From contig OZ024759.1 in the NCBI GenBank assembly GCA_964016885.1, forward strand, positions 7,254,001 to 7,318,000: DNA of 64,000 bases, read 5' to 3'. Made by a program: the position numbers and the translations under genes. Of the stretch, positions 53,410 to 64,000 are shown piece after piece (the first letter of the stretch is position 1; every line of letters begins with the position of its first letter). The notes beneath the pieces were generated by a model that saw only the letters and a list, made by a program, of their open reading frames with translations, was not told the origin of the DNA and searched no databases. The stretch comes from Eledone cirrhosa. Taxonomy: Eukaryota.

Positions 53410-55720
53410 TGAAATGGATTATTAAAAACATCCCGACACTCTCTAATGTTTCTTATACCAAAACGTTGGTTGAGAAAGTTGAGAATGTTGTATAAAGAAT
53501 GAGATGGAAGGCTATAATCTTTGACGGACAATTCGGTTTAAATTCAAAGGAGTACTTTGACATCAAGTCATGCAAATACCCTCCAAGAGTTAAGGATATG
53601 GCCCCTTTTGAATTCGACTTAGTTAATATGATGAACCAACTAAAATTTCGTAAGTACAATAATAATTTTCAAACTAAACTTGCTAATGATATTTCTAATA
53701 TTAAGTCTTCTAATAATAAGTTTGTATTTTCTGGTAAGACTAAAAACTTATATGAATTAAATAACGATTTATATAACCAACTTTTAACAGATAGTATCAC
53801 TACCAAATATCAAAAAGCCAAAAAGAACACCCTTAATAATATAAATAATGAAGCTAAAAACATTGCAAATAAATTAAAAATTGATAATAGAATTAAAAAC
53901 CTAGCTAAACATAAAGGTTATATTACACTGAAAGACCACAAAATAGATTTCATTAACAGACCTAGTTGTAGACTCATTAACCCCACTAAATCAGAAATTG
54001 GTCTTGCCAGTAAAAATATCTTAAGAAATATAATTTTAAAAATAAGAAGTAAAACAGAACTTTATCAATGGCTAAATACATCTTCAGTAGTTTCATGGTT
54101 TAATAATATACCTGAAATAGATCTAGATTCACTCAATTCGATATAGTAGACTTCTACCCATCTATAACTCACTCCTTATTAGCCAAAGCATTAAAATTCG
54201 CTAAAAATTATACTGATATATCCGATTTAGAAGAGGAAGTAATTTTGTATGCTCTTTTAGCCAAAGATGAAACTTGGGTAAAAAAATAAAACCCAGAAAA
54301 TCCTTTTGATGTCTCTATGGGTTCTTTTGGCAGTGCCGATAAGTGTGATTTCATTGGCTTGTTCCTTTTACACACAATAAAGGAGAAATCTCCAAATCAC
54401 ACTATGAGGTTATATCGAGATGACGGACTAACAGTCTCTCATACCACCAATGGCCATGACCTGGACACATTTCGTAAAGATTTAAATAAAACTTTTTCTG
54501 ATCTAAACCTTAAAATTACTATAGATACTAATCTTACCAACGTAAATTTCCTCAATATAAATCTTGACTTACTCACTGCTTCCTTTAAACCTTACCATAA
54601 ACTTAATGAGAATCTTAAATATATAAATAAACAGTCATGCCACCCCACTCCCCATAGTATTTAAAAACCTCATCCCAAATATTAGCCGAAGGATATCTAC
54701 CCTCTCTTCTTTGGAAGAAATATTTAATAAAGCAGCCCCTTACTATAATAAGGCCCTTAAAAATAGCAGATTCACTGAACAAATTAAATATATTTCTAAC
54801 TCCTCTAATCCTTCTAAACATAATAATAGGAAAAGAAAAATAATCTGGTTCACACCACCTTCTTTTTAGCACTCAAAACTAATGTAGGTAGAAAATTCCT
54901 TGAATTAGTAGATAAACATTTCCCCATCACCATAAATATAATAAAATTTTTAATAGAAACAGTGTCAAGATTAGCTATTAGCATAAAATCGAAAATAACT
55001 ACCGGAAAAACTGACAGAGGAATCCCAGGATGTTCGTGCAGAAATGCAGGTGAATGTCCTTTGCAAGGCAAATGCAACATTAAATCTGTTGTATATGAGG
55101 CAATTATAAGACCTATTAACACTAACCAGCCTTCTACCAGAGAACGTTATGTGGGCATGACTCAGGATACCTTTAAAAAAAGATATTATGCACACGTCAC
55201 TTCCTTTTGACACCAGGATAAAAAGAAAACTATGGCGCTGGCAAATAGAATGTGGGAGATGAAAGAGCGTGGGGTCCCATATGAAATTGATTGGTCTATT
55301 TTAGACCAATCAAAAAAATATGTAAAAGGCACAAGAAGGTGTACCTTGTGTGTAACAGAAAAAAACAGGATTCTACAAGATGTGAAATCTTCCAACACCT
55401 GTCTTAACTTTAATTCTGAAATTTTTGAAATTTTCCCACATATGAGAACTCATCTCCTTTCTCAACATCATAATACCATCTTGGACACTTATCCACCTTG
55501 AACACCCTCTCTTATTTTAAAAACCCTGGACCTTTATCACAAATTCAACACTTATTTCATATTACACCTTTATTTTATTTTACACCTATATTATTCACTT
55601 ATTGACTTTTTCATTTCCTTTACTTTTTACCTTGAACACTCTCTCTTACATTAACCACCCTGGACCTTCCCCACACACTTTCATTTACTGAGTCCTCTTA
55701 ATCCTTACTTTCGAACCTTA
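53410..55720 (+). mobile_element. Penelope-like element, Naiad-type (RT plus C-terminal GIY-YIG), decayed
   Basis: KNIP, MRWKA, (D>G)KTxNLY, ITLKDHK, CRLINP, FDIVDFYPSI, MGSF, LYRDDGL, linker CSCRNAGECPLQGKC, VVYEA..YVGMT..FKKRY..H, CTLCVTEK. Confidence 0.88.
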
Positions 55721-56160
55721 ACCCACCCATATATGTATTTTTGTAGGTGACAATGTGTATATATGCATACAATTGTATGGCCATAAGTACGTGCATATGT
55801 ATTTATATGTATGTATACGAATATGTATATTTACATATATATATATATGTATATATATGTGTGTGTGTGTACTTTTGTGCGCAAAAATGTTTTGTCTGCA
55901 TGTGTACGTGTGTGTACCCATACAGGTGTGTCTCTCTACGTATATGTCTGTACCCCTATGTCCGTGTGTACACTTAAACATATTTAGGGTTTTTCATATA
56001 CCTTGCGCCATTTACTACATGTTTTATTTTCATATTGTTATACTTGTGTGTACATACAAAGATATCAAGGTTTTTTTTCGTATTTTGCGACCTATGATAA
56101 TATAAGAATTTATTACAATTCTTAAGTATAGTTTTATATATGTATGTGCATGTGTATGTG

Positions 56161-56223
<63 letters not shown>

Positions 56224-56504
56224 CATCATCATCATCATCATCCTCGTTTAACGTCCACTTTCCACGGTAGCATGGGTTATATATATATACCGGAGCACGC
56301 AAACTTCGTTTCTTTCTAATCTACGCAAATCTTCTGCACACAATGCCCAGGTCTCACTACCATGTAACATTGCTGTTCATATGCACACATCATAGCCTGC
56401 CTTTCATTTTGATGGAAAAGCCTTTTGTAGCTAGCAGTAGTAGTAGCTCAATTATATATATATCTGTGTGTGTATATATATGAAGCATGAAGTGTATATA
56501 TATA

Positions 56505-56890
56505 TGAAGAAATGAAGCAAGCATGCTCCGTTGGATATGCAATGTCAATGTGCATGATCGACCAAGCATAGACGAGTTGAGAGAGAAACTGGGTATAAGA
56601 GGGATAAACTGTAGTGTGCAGGAGAGGAGACTGCGGTGGTATGGACATGTGATGCGCATGAAAGATGACCGCTGCGTGAAGAAGTGTCATGTAATCCCGG
56701 TGGAAGGAAGACGTAGTAGAGGGAGGAAGACCACTGAGATCATGGGCGGAGGTGGTGAGAGGGGACCTCAGATTGCTGAATCTCACGGAGGAGATGACAA
56801 AGGACCATGACAAGTGGAGAGATGCTGTGCAAAAGAGGACCCGTCCCACCCTTGCAAGTAGGGAAAAGCGGGCATAAAATGATGATGATG
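56505..56890 (+). mobile_element. RTE subfamily A 3' fragment, tail-to-tail with the next copy
   Basis: MLRWICNV...RLRWYGHVMR; 3' end with (GAT)n. Confidence 0.85.
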
Positions 56891-56910
56891 ATATGTATAT
56901 ATATATATCT

Positions 56911-59191
56911 CATCATCATCATTTTATGTCCGCTTTTCCCTGCTTGCAAGGGTGGGACGGGTCTTATTCAGCACAGCATCTCTCCACCCGTCACAGTTCT
57001 TCGTCATCTCCACCGTGAGCTTCAGCGATCTGAGGTCTGCTCTCACCACCTCCGCCCATGTTTTTCGTGGTCTACCTCTACCGCGTCTTCCTTCAACTGG
57101 CATTTCCTGGCACTTCTTCACCCATCGGTCATCCTCCATGCGCATCACATGTCCATACCACCGCAGTCTCCTCTCTCGCACACTACATTCTATCCCTCTC
57201 AGACCCAGTTTCTCTCTCAACACATCCATGCTGGGTCATTCACACACATTGACATTATTGCACATCCAACGGAGCATGCTTGCTTCATTTCTCTCCAGCC
57301 ATAGCATATCCTCTGCAGTTGCTGCCCATGTCTCATTACCATGCAGCATCGCGCTCCTCACACAGGCATCATATAACCAGCCTTTCGTACGCAGGCAGAA
57401 ACTCTTCTTCGTCAGCAGAGGAAGCAACTCCCTAAACTTCTTCTAACCCGTCCTTATTCTAGATACTATGGCCTTGGAACCCCCCCCCCCCCTTCCCATG
57501 CTAATCTAATCTCCTAGGTACCGGAAGCTATCCACCATTTCTATAGCACCCGCCTGCATTTGAAAAATGTGTCTATCAATGTGACTTCTACTGTCTAATT
57601 TCCCTGTACATCTACTGCATACGTATTTCTCCCTACCTGTTAGTTTGCCTGCTATCCCACTACATCTCTTGTGTACCCAGGATCTGCATTGTGTGCATTT
57701 TATAGAATTTATGCCAGTTCCTTTTCTGCATATCAAACGTGGCCATTTCCCTGACGGAATCAGAGTTTTGTCCTCTTTTCTACTTATCAACACTTTAGTC
57801 TTAGCTAGGTTCACTCTCATTTCTCTTGCTTCCAACGGCTGTTTCCACAGCCAGAATTTATTCTCTAGCTCCTCTACTGATTCTGCTATAAGAACTAGAT
57901 CATCAGCCTAGAGAGGTTCCAATGGGCATCCAGTCTTAAACTCCTCTGTTATGGCTTGGAGGACTATAATGAACAAGAGCAGGCTGAGGACCGAACCTTG
58001 ATGTACTCCTACTTGTATCTGGAATTCCTCACTAAACTCCATTCCTACCCTGACTTTACTGACAGCACCTCTGTACAAAGTTTGCACTGTCCTCACAAGC
58101 CATTCCTCTACACCTAGTTTCCTTAGGGACCACCAGATGACAGATCAGGGTACCCTATCAAAGGCCTTCTCTAGGTCAACAAAGGCTAAGTATAGTGGTT
58201 TATTCTTCTCTAAGAACCTCTCTTGTAATTGTCTCACCAAGAAGAGGGCATCTGTTGTACTTTTCCCAGGCACAAAACCAAACTGCATCTCATCTAGTTT
58301 GACCCTTTCTCTAATTAGTTGTGCTAATATCCTTTCTGCCACTTTCATAACCTGAACCATCAGTTTTATACCCCTATAATTTCTCCTCTCCAGAGCATCC
58401 CTTTTACCTTTGTAGCAATTTATGAGAATACTGCTGCACCAGTCTTTGGGTATGACGCCACCATATATAGCCTGATTGATGATGCATGCAACCAGTTTAG
58501 TGCCTATGTCCCCTAATGCCTTCAGCATCTCAGCAACTATTCCCGATGGTCCGGCAGCCTTACCACTTTTCATTTCCTTAATTGACTCTTGTACCCTATA
58601 TTCGTCAATCTCAATAGCTGGTCCCTCTGTCGGATCTACTGAGGGTAATTTCTATCACTCCCATTCGTTCTCCACATTCATCAGTCTCTCGTAATGACAT
58701 TTCCAGGCCTCCTTCTTTTGACCATTCGTGACACTAAGTACACCGGCATCATTCCGGACACATTTATCTCCAACAACATTGCATTGACACACTGCCTTGC
58801 AATGTGGAACACCGCACGCCTCTGATCTTCCCGTCGCAGAACATTGGCAAACCTCCTACTCTCAGCCTCCCTGCGTGTTAAGTAGACCTGACGTCTTGCT
58901 TCTCTTTTAGCGGCTGTGTATCCTTCTCTACTCCCACCCTTTTTCCAAGCCTTCCATGCTAGTCTTTTGTCTCTAATAGCCTCATCTACCATGCTGTTCC
59001 ACCACCAGGTCACTCTCTGTCTGGTTGGAGCTCTGCTCCAGCCACAACTTTCATCAGTAGCCTGCAGTAAGTTGTCACGTAAGCAATTCCAGTTATTATC
59101 TATGTCATACGTCTCTAAATCGTCTTCTTTTTCGTCATCTTGAAGGGCTTTCCTAAATTTGTATTTTAGTGAAAGGTCTTTTAGCTTCCAG
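56911..59191 (-). mobile_element. RTE LINE subfamily A, 5'-truncated
   Basis: Closely similar to 15451-17730; RT and PHD-like motifs with multiple lesions. Confidence 0.93.
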
Positions 59192-61050
59192 ACAAAAAAC
59201 AAAAAAAAAACCTACCACTTAATGACACTCACGGCACACACACACTCACTCACACACCAACACTCATGCATACAAACACACACGCCACTCACACACCAAT
59301 GCTCATGCATACAAACACACACACGCCACTCACAAACACACACACATACATATATTACCATCAGTACTGATACAAGATCATGTCAACTGTTGACTTTTAC
59401 AGTTCGGTTTTTATATAATAATAATAATTGTTTGCTTTACAGCATAGAGCAACGGCCCTCCACGCTCCGGGCCCCAAAACAAGACACCAGCAATGTGATG
59501 GTGGTGGTGGTGGTTGTGGTGATGGTGAAGGTGGTAGATGTGGTGGTGGATGGTGTCAGTGATAGTGATGGATGGTGTCAGTGATGGTGGTGGCAGTTGT
59601 TTTTGTCGTTGTTGTTGTTCATTTCACTGATGCTGCTGCTGCAGACAATGGTGTTGTTGCTGTTGTTGTTGCAGTTGCTGTTGTTGTTGTTGGTGTGTTG
59701 AAATCTGGTCGCATTGACTGAGATATATATATATATATATATATAATATAGTGAAGGTGTGTGGCTGAGTGGTTAGAGAATTGGATTCACAATCTTGAGG
59801 TTGTGAGTTCGATTCCTGGACCGGGGGATGCGTTATGTCCTTCAGCAAGACACTTTATTTCACGTTACTCCTTCTACCTGGAGTTGCGACCGATAGATAG
59901 TATTAGCAATTGGAAAGACCAACGGAAACATTGTTTCCTAGGTCCGATTTGACGAAAGTTGATCGATCCAAAATATATATAATCATCATCATTATATATA
60001 TATGATGATGATGATGATATGTATATATATACTGTTCTCCTACTTATTCCTGAGAGGGTCATGGGGGAGTCCTCAAACATTCCTTCAAGCGGATCCTGTC
60101 AGAAGTAACAATCTCCAACTACTCCAGCTGGGTCCCCAAGCATGACCAGCCAACTTCATGGATGTTATCCAACCATCCTGCACCGGGTCTACTCTTGGGT
60201 CTCTTGCCAGTTGGTTTTACCTGTAAAATCTGTCCAGCGAATTTTTCCTGAGACATTCTAACACCATTCCCATATTATCAGAGCTGTGATCTCTCAACTT
60301 GGAGAAGTAGTGGCTCTACCTGTGTATATATATATAGGCACATGGCTTAGTGGTTAGAACATTAGGCTTGCAATCGAAAGGTTGTGAGTTCAATTCTCAG
60401 ACCGGGTGATGTGTTGTTTCCTTGAACAATACACTTTATTTCACATTGCTCCAGTTTACTCAGCTGTAGAAATGAGATGATAGGGACTGGGGTCCCTATC
60501 ATTCCACTGCAAATTGGTAGTGGAGGTGCCACGGCAAAAAAGCACCCAGCACTCACTGTAAATGAGGTTGGTGTTAGGAAGGGCATCCAGCTGTAGAACT
60601 CAAGCCAGAATCAGTTCCCATATGAGCAAGACAAGGTCAGCTGACTGGACATTGCCCACAACAGGACAACCCGTCTAACCGTGGAAGAACGGACGTGGAA
60701 GAATGGACGTAAAATGGTGATGATAATGATATATATATATACAGTTCAAGGAGACCAGAAACAGAGGTACACAAAGTCTTATTAGTTTCATGCTTTATAT
60801 TGGAAAGAAGAAAGAAAGTTTGATATGTTGGGCTGAAGCCCTTCTTCAGGAGTACAAATATATATATATATATATATTAGTTAGTTGTAACTACAGTTAT
60901 AGGTGACACACTGTTCGAAGCACTTGGTGCTGTTACAAAGTCCATCTCGTGTCAGCTGTGTCCCAGAGTTATGGGAGCTGTAGTGTACAGAGTGTCAATA
61001 GATTAGGAAGAATTGAAGTCAGTGTTGCAACATATGTACACATTTTATTG

Positions 61051-61139
61051 GCATATTACAATTGTTTCGATATCCATCAGCTGAGGGGAGAATCAAAATG
61101 GTGAAGTCCGAGACTTTATCGACATCTCGTCAGATATGC
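61051..61139 (-). ncRNA. Type I hammerhead ribozyme motif with a long stem II loop
   Basis: Minus strand GCATAT-CTGACGA-GATGTC...GATATC-GAAA-CAATTG-TA-ATATGC. Confidence 0.75.
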
Positions 61140-61269
61140 AAGTGTGTCTTGCCATAAACTCACATATCTGACAAGATGTCGAAAAAGAATGAAAGAAAAG
61201 TAAAAAAAAAACAATGTAACCAATAAACTGAAGAACAAATATACAAAAGAAACCCCCAGATCAATAAAG

Positions 61270-62985
61270 AAATATTGAAAGTTAAAGAAATATTAAAACA
61301 ATAAAGAAATAACACATAATAAAAAATAATAAAACAAAATAAAGAAATAATAAAACAAATAAATAATAAAGAAATAATAAAACAAAATAAAGAAATATTA
61401 AAACAATAAAGAAATAATAAAGAAATATTAAAACATAATAAAGAAATAATAAAGAAATATTAAAACATAATAAAGAAATATTAAAACAATAAAGAAATAA
61501 TAAAGAAATATTAAAACATAATAAAGAAATATTAAAACAATAAAGAAATAATAAAGAAATATTAAAACATAATAAAGAAATATTAAAACTTAATAAAGAA
61601 ATAATAAAGAAATATTAAAACATAATAAAGAAATATTAAAACAATAAAGAAATAATAAAGAAATATTAAAACATAATAAAGAAATATTAAAACTTAATAA
61701 AGAAATAATAAAGAAATATTAAAACATAATAAAGAAATATTAAAACTTAATAAAGAAATAATAAAGAAATATTAAAACATAATAAAGAAATATTAAAACA
61801 ATAAAGAAATAATAAAGAAATATTAAAACATAATAAAGAAATATTAAAACTTAAAGAAATAATAAAGAAATATTAAAACATAATAAAGAAATATTAAAAC
61901 AATAAAGAAATAATAAAGAAATAATAAAGAAATATTAAAACATAATAAAGAAATATTAAAACTTAATAAAGAAATAATAAAGAAATATTAAAACATAATA
62001 AAGAAATAATAAAGAAATATTAAAACATAATAAAGAAATATTAAAACTTAATAAAGAAATATTAAAACTTAATAAAGAAATAATAAAGAAATATTAAAAC
62101 AATAAAGAAATAATAAAGAAATATTAAAACATAATAAAGAAATAATAAAGAAATATTAAAACATAATAAAGAAATATTAAAACATAATAAAGAAATAATA
62201 AAGAAATATTAAAACATAATAAAGAAATATTAAAACATAATAAAGAAATAATAAAGAAATATTAAAACAATAAAGAAATATTAAAACTTAATAAAGAAAT
62301 AATAAAGAAATAATAAAGAAATATTAAAACTTAATAAAGAAATATTAAAACATAATAAAGAAATATTAAAACAATAAAGAAATATTAAAACATAATAAAG
62401 AAATATTAAAACTTAATAAAGAAATATTAAAACTTAATAAAGAAATAATAAAGAAATATTAAAACAATAAAGAAATATTAAAACATAATAAAGAAATATT
62501 AAAACTTAATAAAGAAATATTAAAACTTAATAAAGAAATAATAAAAAAATATTAAAACATAATAAAGAAATATTAAAACAATAAAGAAATATTAAAACAT
62601 AATAAAGAAATATTAAAACATAATAAAGAAATATTAAAACATAAAGAAATAATAAAGAAATATTAAAACAATAAAGAAATATTAAAACATAATAAAGAAA
62701 TATTAAAACTTAATAAAGAAATAATAAAGAAATATTAAAACTTAATAAAGAAATATTAAAACAATAAAGAAATATTAAAACATAATAAAGAAATATTAAA
62801 ACTTAATAAAGAAATAATAAAGAAATATTAAAACTTAATAAAGAAATATTAAAACATAATAAAGAAATAATAAAGAAATATTAAAACTTAATAAAGAAAT
62901 AATAAAGAAATATTAAAACTTAATAAAGAAATATTAAAACTTAATAAAGAAATAATAAAACATAATAAAGAAATAATAAAGAAAT
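61270..62985. repeat. Strand-asymmetric AT-rich modular satellite, about 1.7 kb
   Basis: Irregular concatenation of aataaagaaat and attaaaac(at/tt/-) modules. Confidence 0.95.
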
Positions 62986-63193
62986 TTATAGTAAAATGAA
63001 ATCCAAGGGAGCGAACCAGTGTTTGTATCGTGTGATGTTGTGTTAACAGTAAGTAATGTACGGTGTAAACGGTGTGAAGTAATGATTACTCCCCGAGGTT
63101 TAGCGTCAGCAACCTGTGTCCTATCATGGATGGCACAGCTGATGGTTAAGTAACTTCACTGCGAAGTTTCGCTGGATTTCCAGTCTCTGGAAG

Positions 63194-63219
63194 ATGAGCA
63201 CTGCTCCTCAAGTCCTCAG
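63194..63219 (+). CDS. Candidate first coding exon of an unidentified downstream gene (MSTAPQVL..)
   Basis: Non-repetitive, relatively CpG-rich segment 63000-63220; aagATG context followed by donor-like CAG|GTAAAC. No homology evidence. Confidence 0.25.
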
Positions 63220-64000
63220 GTAAACCCTTATACTTCTTTTTGATGTGTTTAAACAACAACCAAATGTCTTATATATAGAGAGAAAGAGTTATGTGTGTAC
63301 TAGTCCGTTTGTATATACTATCGTATCCCTACCTCTTTCAGTATATATACATATTTATGTGTATATATATAAATCTTTGTGTCTCTTGTAGTGTTTAAAT
63401 CTAAACGGTAAATGAAGACAATATGCGTATAAATGTATATAAATATGCTTTTATATACACTCTACTACTTGTATACTTGTATACATACCTACATGTATAT
63501 ATAGATAGACTGAGGCACACTTTTTCGTATACATATTTTCATTATCGCACGCAGACACACATATATATATATATATATATATTATATTTGCTCCACTCAC
63601 TCTATATATACACTACCTCAAATCTGTAGTACACTACTTCGTTGTAATCAACCCCCCTCCCCCACACACCACACATTTATACACAAACAACTATATAAAC
63701 ACTAATTTAAACCCAACACACACCAATACAAACACACATCAGACCCAGTAATAACGACATAAATACTTTCATCCCCACCAACAAGTAAAATAGAAATAAA
63801 ACCATTGACAAGAATTATTGGAAAAATACACAAAACGCATAACAATTATAAAATAAGTTGGTTTCAAAGTGAGGGTCCTGTTTTATATATTGTTTTCGTT
63901 TCAAACTGATCCCTCATTTGTTTCTCCCTTCTGCTCTTACCTATTTTTAACATATCACTCGTTTTCTTCGTTTATTAATTAACTAAAGATTTATTAATTG

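Noticed and set aside
55208-55210. In-frame TGA in the Naiad-type GIY-YIG region as possible selenocysteine
   Set aside because: It falls at SF*H, where Arg (CGA) is the likely ancestral codon rather than a Cys position, and the element has other stops and frameshifts, so CpG decay is the simpler explanation.
59755-59830. tRNA gene
   Set aside because: A and B boxes are present but it continues into the SINE family 2 body and no full cloverleaf is evident; treated as a SINE head.

Overview
AT-rich, repeat-dominated eukaryotic (animal) DNA. The tRNA-derived SINE families, RTE/R4 LINE load and (TA)n/(CATA)n density suggest a coleoid cephalopod such as Octopus (inference). I can support one host gene: a minus-strand TSFM (mitochondrial elongation factor Ts) with five coding exons, 29505 to 12266, about 345 aa, all GT-AG introns with consistent phases. 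The rest is mostly decayed mobile DNA: two RTE LINE subfamilies with a PHD-like finger inside the RT, a C2H2-finger RTE, two R4/Dong-like RLE LINE fragments, a CR1-like fragment, a full-length mariner, a Helitron, a Naiad-type Penelope-like element, piggyBac-like MITEs, SINEs and several satellites. The most notable observations are: (1) six histone-mRNA-type 3' stem-loops in the sense-strand 3' region of the Helitron RepHel gene; (2) a dispersed set of minimal type I hammerhead ribozyme motifs; (3) many fold-back palindromes; (4) nested insertion of two LINE clades into (CATA)n. Coordinates were read by eye; TE boundaries are approximate.
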